DNA of 64,000 nt from Chiloscyllium plagiosum (lineage: Eukaryota): NCBI RefSeq assembly GCF_004010195.1, contig NC_057720.1, forward strand, positions 23,993,236 through 24,057,235. The letters run 5' to 3'. Positions within the stretch are counted from its first letter, which is position 1; every line of letters begins with the position of its first letter. Positions 26,240 to 38,568 of this stretch are shown here, piece after piece. The translations under genes were made by a program, and so were the position numbers. A model generated the notes under the pieces. It was not told the DNA's origin. It was given only the letters and a program-made list of their open reading frames with translations, and did not search any database.

Positions 26240-28790
26240 ATGGAGTTTTTGAGCAAGTGACGAAGATGATTGATGAGGGTAGGGCAGTGGGTGTTGTGTA
26301 CATGGACTTTACCAAAGCATTTTGACAAGGTCCCTCATGGAAGGCTTGCCCAGAAGATTAAATCATTTGGAATCCAAGTTGAGTTGGCAAGTTATATACA
26401 AAATTGACTTGATCATAGAAAATAGTAGTTGTGGAGGGGTCGTTAGCCACCATTTCCACTACCTCCAGCAGGATGTCACTACCAGAAACATATTCCCGTC
26501 CCCTTCCATGTCAGCCTTCCACAGGGACCATTTCCTCTGGGACATCCCAGTTCACTCCTCCTTCACACCCAACATCTCTCCTATAGCCCCATGGCACCTT
26601 CCCCTATACCTGCAGAAGGTGTAACACATGCCCACTTCCCTCCTCCTTTCTCACCATCCAAGGCCCCAGGTACACCTTCCAGGTGAAGTAGTGCTTTACC
26701 TGCACTTCACCCAACCTAGTCTACTCACAATTTGCTGCTCACACACAATGTGGTCTCCTCTACACTGGGGAAATGAAGCACAGACTGGATGACCACTTCA
26801 TAGAATGTCTACATTCTGTCAGCAAAAGAAAGACCCTGAGCTTCCAGTCGCCTGCCACTTTAACACACCACTGTGTTCCCTGGCTAACATCTCAGTCTCA
26901 GGCTTGCTGCAGTGCTCCATCTTCTCCAATGATCTTACCCCAACCCGCACACACCACATGGGCTGCTACTACAAACAACCCATTGTCAGCTACTAACAGT
27001 CACCGTTAGCAGCTATTTTAGATTAGATTCCCTACAGTGTGGAAACAGGCCATTCGGCCCAACAAGTCCACACTGACCCTCCGAAGAGCAACCGTCCAGA
27101 CCCATTCCCCTACATTTACCCCTGACTAATGCACCTAACACTACAGGCAATTTAGCATGGTCAGTTCACCTAATCTGCACATCTTTAGACTATGGGAGGA
27201 AACCGGAACACCCAGAGGAAACCCACGCAGACACGGGGAGAATGTGCAAACGCCACACAGACAGTTGCCTGACTCAGGAATTGAACCCGGGTCCCTGGCG
27301 CTGTGAGGCAACAGTGCTAACCACTGAGCCACTGTGCCATCCAAACTGATTCCTCCAAACTGATCTTTACCCGTTGCTCTATTTTTCCAACTGTTCTTCT
27401 CTGTCTTTGGGCTCTATTTCTACCTATCGTTTACTTCCCCCCTCCCCCACTCTATCTTCTGCATAAATGCCAAACTTTCCTAGCTACCATAAGTTCTGAA
27501 GAAGGGTCACTGGACTTGAAAGGTTAACTCTGATTTATCTCCACAGATGCTACCAGACCTGTTGAGTTTTTCCAGCAATTTTTATTTTTGTTGCTGATGT
27601 CCAGCATCTGTGGTTCTTTCTTTTTTTTTAGTTGTGGAAGGTTGTCATTTTCTGACTAGAGGTCTGTGACGAGTGATGTTCAGCAAGGATCAGTGCTGGG
27701 AACTCTTATTTATAATATATGAATGATCTGGATGAAAATGTAGGTGGTCTGATTAATAAGTTTGCAGACAACATAAAAATTGGTGGGGTTTTGGATAGTG
27801 AGGAAGGTTGTCAAAGGATACAACAGGACATGGATTAGTTGGAATGGTGGGCAGAGAAATGGCAGATGTTGTTTAATCAAGACAAGTGTAAGATGATGCA
27901 AAGGTAAGATGATGCAGAGGTCAAAGGTAAGAAGAAAGTATACAGTGAATGGCCAGACCCTTAGCAGCATTGATATCCAGAGGGATCTTGGGGTCCAAGT
28001 CCATAGCTCCCTGAAAGTGGCGACACAAATGGATAAGATGTTAAAGAAAGCACACAACATGCTTGCCTTGATCAATTGGGCCATTGAATATAAAAGTTAG
28101 CAAGTCATGTTGTAGCTGTATAAGATATTAGTCAAGCCACATTTGGAGTGTTGTGCACAATTCTGGTCGCCACACTGTAAGGAGGATGTAGAGGCTTTGG
28201 GGAGTGTGTAGTAGAAGTTTACTGAGATGTTGCCTGGATTGGAATGTGTTCACTACAAGGAGAAGTTGGATAAACTTGTTTTCAATGAATTTTGGATACT
28301 GAGGGGCAACCTGATAGATATATATGAAATCATGAGGAGCACGGATAAGGTGGAAATTCAGAGTATCTTCCTCAGGGGGCACAGATTGAAGGTGAGATGG
28401 GAAAAGTTTAAAAGAGATATGCAAGCAGAGTTTTTTATACAGAGGGTAATAGGTGCATGCAATACACTGCCAGCGTAGAAGCAGATATGATAGCATAGTT
28501 TAAGAGGCATTTAGACAGACACATCAACAGGCAGAGTAGAAGAATAGGGACCATGTGCGGTCACATGGGATTAGTTTAGAATCATGGTCAGTACAGACAT
28601 GGTGGACAAAAGGAGATAAAAACCAAAAGAACTGCAGATGCTGGAAATCAGAAACAAAACCAGAAATTGATGGAAAAACTCAGCAGCTCCTGCAGCATCA
28701 GTGGAGAGAAATCAGCGAAGGTTTCAGGCTGCGTGACCTTTCACGGTGGACCAAAGGGTCTGTTCCTGTGCTGTACTGTTCTATGTTGTA
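26240..28790 (+). mobile_element. Nested cluster: CR1 RT/3' fragment, interrupted by a Penelope-like element (26436-27628), itself interrupted by a V-SINE (27020-27343, minus)
   Basis: CR1 YMDF.KAFDKVPH remnant resumes at about 27630. TSD TAGTTGTGGA at 26426-26435 and 27629-27638. Family B hammerhead remnant at 27496-27525. Confidence 0.8.
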
Positions 28791-30184
28791 AATTCTTAAC
28801 AGTCACACCACACAAGTGCCAGGTGATTACCACCTCCAATAAAAGATAATCTAGTTATCACTCTTTGATGCTCAATGGCAGTGCCAATGATCAATATCGT
28901 GGGGGCTACCAGAGAGCAGAAACTGAACTGGGCAGGCCCCATATGGCTACCAGAACAGATATTCTGTGGTGATCACCTCCTGATCTTCCAGGCCCATGAT
29001 TATTGGAGACTGCATGTGCCCCTGAAGAAGTGCTACAGCACCACCCTAACTCCTTATCATTTACTTCACTCATCTTAACACTCAACTCCCCAACATCTTG
29101 GGTCTGTAAGATCAGGACCTGTATGTCCATATAACATCACCTCAAATTCTTCTAAACGCTAATGAGCATAGGCCCAACCTGCTCAATCTTTGTCAAGTCC
29201 TTCATGTGAAATATCTATTAATTTTTCAGGCCAAATTAAAGTTTACGTTCAAATTTCAACTGTTGTGCAAGACAAATGTATCAGGAAAACATTCGACTGA
29301 AATGTATGAAGTTGTGTCGTCAATGGAAAATGTCAGGAACCTAAACTGGGGGAAGGTTTTTACCCTTCACTACATATGCATTAATGGTATTTTCACTATG
29401 ACAGGAAGGTCTACTTTCTATTAAATGCATGAATGTATTCCAAAATAATATACTTACTTTTTTTTAGAAATAGCAATCAAAGGCAATCTTTACCCTTTGT
29501 TAACAATATTGTTGTCCAAAGGAATTCTTCCCCTTCACAAATAAAAGTGACCAATCTTCCTTTGTGCGCTTGTAAGTTGACCGCTATTTTAGAATATACG
29601 ATTTGTTAAGTTGAATTCAACAAAGTTTGAATGGGAAAAAGCCATTATAGATCAAACTGAAATTTCCCTCAAGCTACTTACAACCTCTCTGCAGTGATTC
29701 AACATCTCATGGAAAGTTACTTGCTACAGGCAGGATTTTCCATTTCCTAATTGATCATATTTAGACTCAGCGTGCTGTTCAGCTGCATAACTTCAAAAAT
29801 CAATTGCCTTGAGGTTATATCCAGCACTTGTTTATTTGAACCAAACTTTTCAAAAATAAAAACAGAAAATGCTGAAACACTCTCAGCAGGTCAGGCAGTA
29901 TCTGCAAGAAGTAAACAAAGTGAACAAACGCTGTCCGATGGCTTCACTGCTCAAATGAACAGACAAATAGAGGAGACAAATTTGTCATTAATTCATTCAC
30001 ACTTTAATTTATAATAAAAGGCTGGAAGAATTCCTCTTTTAAAATTAATTAAAAGAAGAGTGAGTTTCAGAGAGGAATGGAATGCTAGCTATTGCCCTGA
30101 AATTACACAGAACATCATTTTAGCCAGGCTGCCATTGAAAGGCACTATTTAGAGGTGAGGTCATACCCTGAGAGGACAGTTCTA

Positions 30185-31890
30185 GAGTCATAGAGTCATA
30201 GAGATGTACAGCATGGAAACAGACCTTTCGGTCCAACCTGTCCATGCTGACCAGATATCCCAACCTAATCTAGTCACACCTGCCAGCACCCGGCCCATAT
30301 CCCTCCAAACCCTTCCTATTCATATAACCATCCAAATGCCTCTTAAATGTTGCAATTGTACCAGCCTCCACCACTTCCTCTGGCAACTCATTCCATACAC
30401 ATACCATCCTCTGTGTGAAAACATTGCCCCGTAGGTCTCTGTTATATCTTTGAGGAGAAAGTGAGGTCTGCAGATGCTGGAGATCAGAGATGGAAATGTG
30501 TTGCTGGAAAAGCGCAGCAGGTCAGGCAGCATCTAGGGAACAGGAGAATCGACGTTTCGGGCATGAGCCCTTCTTCAGCAACACATTTTCAGGAATGAAG
30601 AAGGGCTTCCTGAAGAAGGGCTAATGCCCGAAACGTCGATTCTCCTGTTCCNNNNNNNNNNNNNNNNNNNNNNNNNNNNNNNNNNNNNNNNNNNNNNNNN
30701 NNNNNNNNNNNNNNNNNNNNNNNNNNNNNNNNNNNNNNNNNNNNNNNNNNNNNNNNNNNNNNNNNNNNNNNNNNNNNNNNNNNNNNNNNNNNNNNNNNNN
30801 NNNNNNNNNNNNNNNNNNNNNNNNNNNNNNNNNNNNNNNNNNNNNNNNNNNNNNNNNNNNNNNNNNNNNNNNNNNNNNNNNNNNNNNNNNNNNNNNNNNN
30901 NNNNNNNNNNNNNNNNNNNNNNNNNNNNNNNNNNNNNNNNNNNNNNNNNNNNNNNNNNNNNNNNNNNNNNNNNNNNNNNNNNNNNNNNNNNNNNNNNNNN
31001 NNNNNNNNNNNNNNNNNNNNNNNNNNNNNNNNNNNNNNNNNNNNNNNNNNNNNNNNNNNNNNNNNNNNNNNNNNNNNNNNNNNNNNNNNNNNNNNNNNNN
31101 NNNNNNNNNNNNNNNNNNNNNNNNNNNNNNNNNNNNNNNNNNNNNNNNNNNNNNNNNNNNNNNNNNNNNNNNNNNNNNNNNNNNNNNNNNNNNNNNNNNN
31201 NNNNNNNNNNNNNNNNNNNNNNNNNNNNNNNNNNNNNNNNNNNNNNNNNNNNNNNNNNNNNNNNNNNNNNNNNNNNNNNNNNNNNNNNNNNNNNNNNNNN
31301 NNNNNNNNNNNNNNNNNNNNNNNNTGTTTTCTACCTTTGAGCCAGTTCTGTATCCAAATGGCTAGTTCTCCCTGTATTCCATGAGATCTAACCTTGCTAA
31401 TCAGTCTCCCATGGGAAACCTTGTTGAATGCCTTACTGAAATCCATATAGATCACATCTACTGCTCTGCTCTCATCAATCCTCTTTTTTATCTTCCTCAA
31501 AAAACTCAATCAAGTTTGTGAGACATGATTTCCCAAGCCATATTGACTATCCCTAATCAGTCCTTGCCTTTCCAAATACATGTACATCCTGTCCCTCAGG
31601 ATTCCCTCCAACAACTTGCCCACCACCGACGTCAGGCTCACTGGTCTACAGTTCCCTGGCTTGTCCTTACCACCTTTCTGAAACAGTGGCACCACGTTTG
31701 CCAACCTCCAGTCTTCCGGCACCTCACCCGTGACTATTGATGATACAAATATCTCAGCAAGAGGCCCAGCAATCACTTCTCTAGCTTCCTACAGAGTTCC
31801 AGGGTACACCTGATCAGGTCCTGGGGAGTTATCCACCTTAATGCGTTTCAAGACATCCAGCACTTCCTCCTCTGTAATATGGATGTTTTG
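30185..31890 (-). mobile_element. CR1 LINE fragment (same family as 5715-9825) spanning a gap, with a Penelope palindromic insert at about 30452-30651
   Basis: ORF 31510..31776 has VPEDWRLANVVPLF.KG...PGN.RPVSLTS. 3' tail at 30185-30205. Confidence 0.85.
30551..30637. ncRNA. Two oppositely oriented family A hammerhead motifs (30551-30578 minus, 30610-30637 plus)
   Basis: Both have intact CTGAAGA-A-GGGC-N4-GCCC-GAAA-CGTC. Adjacent to an assembly gap. Confidence 0.65.
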
Positions 31891-32304
31891 GTGTTTTAAA
31901 GTGTTCCTCACCTATTCTTCAATGAGATTTGCTCAAAAGGGATAGAAATGCATGAGAAAGTTGGGGACAAAAGGGTTACTTTGTACGTATTTGCTCTCTT
32001 TGCTTGTAGGAAATACATATTGAAAATGCTTACATGATTTTCCATTATATGCAAATCTCCTATATTACAAAATGCCAAACAAAAATAATCGCAATTCACA
32101 ATATAACAATCATCTAATATGCCATGTAAAATCTCTTTGACTGTCTCTGGCAATTCCTTTAGTTTATAACATCATCCTGCCCCAGAAATGCATATCACAG
32201 ATGAATGATTTGGGAATTAGTTATGTACAGTTTGCAGCAAAGTTGGATAAACTAATGAAAGTAAGGCTGGTTTATGGTTTATCATCTTTAAGTTCTACTG
32301 ACAT

Positions 32305-32740
32305 TAAGAACACAAGAGTTAGGGGCAGGAATAGGTCATTCAGCCCCTCAAACCTGCACCACCATTTGATATGATCATGGCTGATCTCATCTTGAACTCA
32401 ACTCCACTCTCCTGCCCATTCTCCATAACCCTTCAATCCATTTACCATCTTCTTTCATTCTTCTGAACTCCAGACAGTATCGGCCTAAACTGCTCAGTCT
32501 CTCTTCATAAGACAAACTCCTCGTCTCTTGAGTTAATCTAGTGAACCTCGTCTGAGCTGCCTCCAATTCAACTACATTCCTCCTCAAGAAAGGGGACCAA
32601 AATTGGACGTAATACTCTGGATGCGGTCTCAATAATACCTTGTTCAAATGCAGCAACACTTCCCTACTTTTATACTCTGTTCCTTCAGCAACAAATGCAA
32701 AACCTTAGTCCATGCTGTATTTGCATACTAGTTTTCTGCA
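32305..32740 (-). mobile_element. CR1 3' fragment
   Basis: ORF 32387..32659 has LLRPHPEYYVQFWSP...LSYEERLSSLG. Confidence 0.78.
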
Positions 32741-33499
32741 ATTAGTAAGGGATGGTGTGCTGAGGGGAAAATGAAAAGCAAATGGAAAATGTGGTTGCCC
32801 AAAAGCAAAATGCTGCATATTCTGTAAATCTGAAACAAGAGCGAGAAAAGCTCAGTAGGTCAGACAGCAGCTATGGAGATAATTAGAGTTAATAGGCAAA
32901 ATGTTCCACTCCTTCCGGGAGTATTTAAAAGGACAGGGCGTTGGGGGACTTAATTGGGCAGGAGGCAAAAGTTCAGTCTCCCAGCAGTCAGTTAATGTTT
33001 TACTATTAAGTCCTCAGAGCTTTACAGATAGACCTGCTGCGCTTTTCCAGCAACACATTTTTCAGATGGATCGGTGTTCCTGGCTTTCACTATCAAAACC
33101 TTTTTCCATTCATCAACATGTGGCAAATATTCATTAACACCCCATTGTTCTGAAATTATAGGCAAAATGTTGGTTGTAAAAAATAGAGAACATGTGTGTT
33201 TACCAATCTAACTAATCTTTCTGGACTTTATAAACTCTATATTCCCATGCTCGACTTCTTTTTTCATAATTTAAATGCTGCAACAACACTTAAAGTATCT
33301 ATACCTTGGTAGTCTGTACCTAAGGTGGCAACGAGAGGTGATAGTACAAACTTTTCACTGCACTTATTCACATGCACATGACAATAAAGGCTATTCTATT
33401 CTACTCTATTTATATATAGTGTACCTGTTGAGGTAGACCTCTTTCTCCATGCTCATGGTGCTGGGAAAGTTATCGTACATTCAACTGTGCAGGATCATC

Positions 33500-33830
33500 C
33501 ACAGAATCATAGAATCCCTACAATGTGGAAGCCGGCCATTCAGCCCATTCATGTCCACACAGCCTCTCCAATCCTATCCCTGTAATCGTGCATTTCCCAT
33601 GGCTAATCCACCTAGCCTGCATATTCTTAGACACCATTAGCAATTTAGCATAGCCAATCCACCTAACCTGAACATCTTTGGACTGTGGGAGAAAACCGGA
33701 GACCCAGAGGAAATGCATACAAACACTGGAAGAATGTGCAAACTCTACATGACAGTCGCCTAAAGCAGGGATCAAACCTGGGGTACCTGGCACTGGCACA
33801 GGTCATACCATTGAACCACTGTGCCACCCA
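33500..33830 (-). mobile_element. V-SINE, diverged
   Basis: Reverse-complement V-domain and tRNA head. Confidence 0.8.
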
Positions 33831-35463
33831 TGGACAGGTCCAGGTCTATGAAACTTAAGGACACAAAATGAACATTCTAATGTAGTTAGGCTACATTTAA
33901 GAGCCAAAACAGGGTAATGGAGTCACAACAGTGCTAATTGCCACATGCATGAAAGATAATTTGAAGAAAAAGGTCACAGGTATCTTGCACATGGCAGTAT
34001 CAGGAAGGAGAATGGAGGTCATGTTCATGGACGATGCACCTCACCAAGCAGGGGTAGCTGTAGGGTGGGCTTTCAACCTGAGGATCAGGACCCAAACATT
34101 GACTATCTCAGAGCACCAAGTTGACAGCTGTTGTGTATCTTTAATCAGCTTTCAGTTTGCAATTAAATTAAAGTCAGTGAAGTCAGGTAAGTAAATTGTA
34201 TTCTGTTTCCAAAATTGTCTTTGCATGAAAAGCAACTGAGCAAAATACAGTAATGCTATAAGTAATCGGATTGTCATTAGGTTGGAGCACTTAATCGATA
34301 AAATCGGGATTTTATTGGATTACCTTAGGGAGAATTCAGCAGAATTTTATTTTCTTGAGAGTTTTACCTGTTGTTTGCTGTTTTGCATCAGGGACCAAAT
34401 AAATTAAATATAAATCCTTAATGGTCTTAGGAAAGAACTGGCTAAATAGGAAAATTACCATCTCTTTCAGTCAACTTATTATATTCCAACATACACGCTT
34501 TAAAGAGGTCGTTAGAAAAAAGTTTGCTAGTGAGAAATTGGTGAATGAAATTAAGCAGATTTTAATCAAAAACAGCCCACCCACAGCTCAACAGAAGAAC
34601 TTGCCTTATGAATTGATGATGAGGTTTTTATGCTAAGGTAGACAATATGCGATACATATGTTATGAAATAAAATATAAAATAAATGAGATAACATTTACA
34701 GATCTAGCAATTAACATAGAACAGAAATTCATTGTCATGTGTACTTTTACATGAAAAATACAGTGAAGACTTTTGTAAGTTGCTCCACCATAGTATCTAC
34801 ACAAATAACAGAAGTCATTCATAATAATTTTAAAAAGTAATCTGTAGACTAGGGTCATCACTGTTAAGTTAATGGTTCCTGGGCTCAGGGAAAGTTAGTG
34901 AAGAAACGATAGAATACCCTGAAGATACAGCCTAAAATGCTCTGAAATTATAATTACACCTCAATAGAAGATACTGTCTGGACCAGTCAATTGAGTAGAT
35001 GGCTAGCATACATTTCTAAATAATGTACAGTTCTAAATAATGTCAGCAATGTTAGTATGATTCCCAAATAGGCTTAAGACCTACCTTATGACCCTGCCCT
35101 GAAAATGGAAGGCAATGGTAAAACATCATTGATGAGAATAGCTCTGGATGAACTCTCAACAGAAGAACTTGCCTTCAAGCAGACATGCATACACTATACA
35201 GTATTTGCAATTGTCAGCAATGCTTAATATGCATAATAGGCTGTTCAGAATGTTGATCACAAATGTATGATTCCGTTTACAGAATACTGTTACTGGAGGG
35301 CAAAATATTTGCCACATGAGGTAAGTTTATATCAGATTTCTACCCAGTACAAACGTGTTCTGCAAGAGCAAGTTTATTTAGCTGCAGGCTCAGATTCAAC
35401 AAATAAATAATGTACTGTTAAAGTTTTATTTATTTTTAAAGCTATATTACATTCTGAATTTAG

Positions 35464-35578
35464 GCTTGAAGAAGAAATTAAATCTCTTGAAAACCAAGAA
35501 GCCCAAGTTTCACTTAATGAACAAATATTATTGAAGAAATTGAAAGCAGCAGAAAGATCTACAGCAGATATAATAAAG
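35464..35578 (+). CDS. PALMD: Palmdelphin coding exon 4 (R-LEEEIKSLENQEAQVSLNEQILLKKLKAAERSTADIIK)
   Basis: Acceptor atttAG, donor GTacat, 115 nt, phase 2-0, in frame with exon 3. Resembles the recalled palmdelphin segment RLEKEI..LE..E.QIS..E..ILKKLK..ER...DII. Confidence 0.95.
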
Positions 35579-36059
35579 GTACATTACTGAAAATTATTTC
35601 ATAGGTGAATGTGCCCATATTAGTTTTGGAGCATATGGCATTTGGTGTTGGACAATTACATTTTGTATAGCTACAGAGGCAAAAGTGGAGGTGATTTTTT
35701 GTGAACAAAGAAACTCAACATGCAGTAATAGGATTAAAGACAAGTTTGGTGCTGTTAAATTATGTAAGGTTAGCCAGGATATCATGTGAACTCTTTATTT
35801 ACTAAATATTAAAACAAGTTGATAAATATATCTGGAAAGACAAGAATAGAGTGGACAGGGGTCTTAATTTAATAGCCTTCTAAATGACACCAGCAGTGCA
35901 AAACCCCCAGCCACACCCAGTGTTTTATTGCATCAGTTTAGTTAAGAAGTTCAAATTTGGAGATGAATTAGGAGCAGTGGAATTGCTATCACTGAATCTT
36001 ACTCTCAAACTTTGGAGGACCGAAGGCCTTTTCCTATACTGTTTTGTTCTTTGTTCTTG

Positions 36060-36715
36060 GTTGAGCGTACCATTGACCAGAAACCTAACTTGACTCACCA
36101 CTTAAATATAGTGGCTACAACAGCAGGTCAGAGGCTAGGAATCCTGCAGCAAACTCACCTCCTGATTTCCTAAACCATACCCACCATCTACAAAGCCCTA
36201 ATCAGAAGCATAAAGCAATATTCTCCACTTGCCTGGATGACCGCAGGTCCAACAACACTCAAGAAGCGTGACACCATCCAGAACAAAGCAGCCCGCTTGA
36301 TTGGCATCACATCCACAAATAGCCACTCTCTCCACCACTGCCGCTCAGTGGTAACAGTGTGTACTAGCTACAAATGAACTGCAGAAATTCACCAAAGATC
36401 CTTTGACAGCACCTTCCAAATCCATGACCATTTGCATCTAGAATAACAACAGCAACAGATACATGGGGATACTACCACCTTCAAGTTCCTGTCCAAGCCA
36501 CACAGCATTCTGACTAGCAAATATATCATCCTTCCTTGCTGGGTCAAATTCCTGGAAATCCCTCCCTAACAGGATTGTGGATCAACCTAAAGCATGGGGA
36601 TTGCAGCAATTCAAGAAGGCAGCTCACCACTACCTTCTCAAGGACATCTAGAGGCAGGCAATAAACACTGACCCAGCCAGTGACACCCACATTCCATATG
36701 GATGAATAACAAAAA
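36060..36715 (+). mobile_element. LINE 3' end (CR1/L2-like family); related copies near 24880-25270, 28800-28990 and 40640-41680
   Basis: Degenerate RT C-terminal text (TIYKA..RS...YSPLAWM...LD.IQ.KAARLIG) and a 3' tail shared with the Deu-SINE-like copies. Confidence 0.65.
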
Positions 36716-37099
36716 ATAGAAATCTCCTAACTTGGAGGCAGTGTCACTAACAGCTGAGTCAAGCTGTTATTTTTTAATATATCAAAGAAAAAGTCCATCT
36801 ACTCTAGTACATGCCTACATGAAGGAAAGGCTGTGATAACTTTAAGTCAAACTTGTAATCCAAGCTCAAACATCAGGTTTACAAGTCCTGACTTGCCTTT
36901 GAAAACATTCAACTGTTCATTAAATAAACTGGCTTAACAGCTCTCTGCTCGTTAACAAGCCTGTGTAAATATTAAAGTTACACATTCTCCAGAATTCCTT
37001 TACTGTAAATTGTCTTGTACTAAGTGTTTGAAACATTGCCTTCTGGAACAATGGTCACATGCTTTTCCATGTCACACAGTAGTTGTGCTTCTAATTGGC

Positions 37100-37470
37100 C
37101 ATGGTATAGTGACATTATCACTAGACTAACAACTGAAGCTCTAAATTAAAGTTCTCGGGTCATGGGTTTGAATGGAAGGTACTGAAATTCAAATTCAACA
37201 TCATCTGGAATTCAAAGCTAGTTGACTGGTAACCATGTAACACCGCTGTCAAATATTGTAAAACCTATTGGTTCACCAATGCTACTTAAGAAAGGAAGAA
37301 TGCTTTTTGTCCTTACCCAGTCTGGCCTACGTGTGACTCCAGTCCCACGGCAATGAAGTTGACCCTTAACTATCTTCTGAAAAAGTCAAGTAAGCCACTC
37401 GCTTCAAGGAAAATTAGGGATAGGCAACAAACACTGACCTTGCCAGTGATTCCAACATCCCACATATGAA
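37100..37470 (+). mobile_element. Deu-SINE-like (SacSINE1-like)
   Basis: tRNA-like head, then GGTTCAC.AATG...GGAAG...TCCTTACC..GTCTGGCCTAC.TGTGACTCCAG core. Confidence 0.7.
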
Positions 37471-38568
37471 TTTGAAGACCATAAGGCCAAAAGGCATAGG
37501 AGCAGAAATTAGGCCATTCGGCCCATCATGTCTGCTCTGCTATTCAATCATGGCCAATAGGTTTTTCAGTCCCATTTTCCTGCTCTCTCCCTGTAACAAA
37601 GAACAAAGAAAATTTACGCCCAGGAGCAGGCCCTTTGGCCCTCCAAGCCTGAGCCGATCCAAATGTACTGTCTAAACCTGTCGGTCAATTCCTAAGCATC
37701 TGTATCCTTCTACTCCGCACCTGCTCATGCATGTATCCAGACGCATCTTAAATGAATCTACCGTGCCTGCCTCTACCACCTCTGCTGACAATGTGTTCCA
37801 AATACCCACCACCCTCTCTGTAAAGTACTTGCCGCGTGTATCCCCCTTAAACTTTCCACCTCTCACCTTGAAAGCGTGACCTCTCGTTATTGAATCCTTC
37901 ACCCTGGGAAAAAGCTTGTCTCTATCCACCCTGTCTATGCCCTTCATGATTTTATAAACCTCAATCAGGTCCCCCCTCAATCTCCTTTTTTCTAATGAAA
38001 ATAAACCTAACCTACTCAACCTTTCTTCATTGCTTTGATCCCCTTGACAATCAAGAACTTATCTATCTTTGTTTTAACTATACTCAATGATCCGGCCTCT
38101 ACAGCCCTCTGTAGCAATGAATTCCACAGATTCACCATTCTCTGGCTAAAGAAGTTTCTCCTTATCTCTGTTCTAAAGTGTCTTCCCTCTGCTCTCAGGC
38201 TGTGCCCTCAGGTCCTCGTCTCTTCTGCCAGCAGAAACACCTTCCCAGCAGCCACTCTGTCCAGGCCATTTGGTATTCTGTAAGTTTCAATCAGATTCCC
38301 TCCCCCCCTCCACCATCCTTCTAAACTCCATCAGGAATAGTCCCAGAGTCCTCAAACACTCCACATATGTTCAGCCTTTCAATCCTGGGATCATTCTCAT
38401 GAACCTCCTCTGGACCTGCTCCAGGGCCAATATACCATTCCTGAGGTATGGGGCCCAAAATTGCTCACAATACTCTAAATGTGGTCTGACCAGAGACTTA
38501 GAAAGCCTCAGAAGTACATCCTTGCTTTTGTATTGTAGTTCCCCCGAGAGGAATGATAACATTGTATT

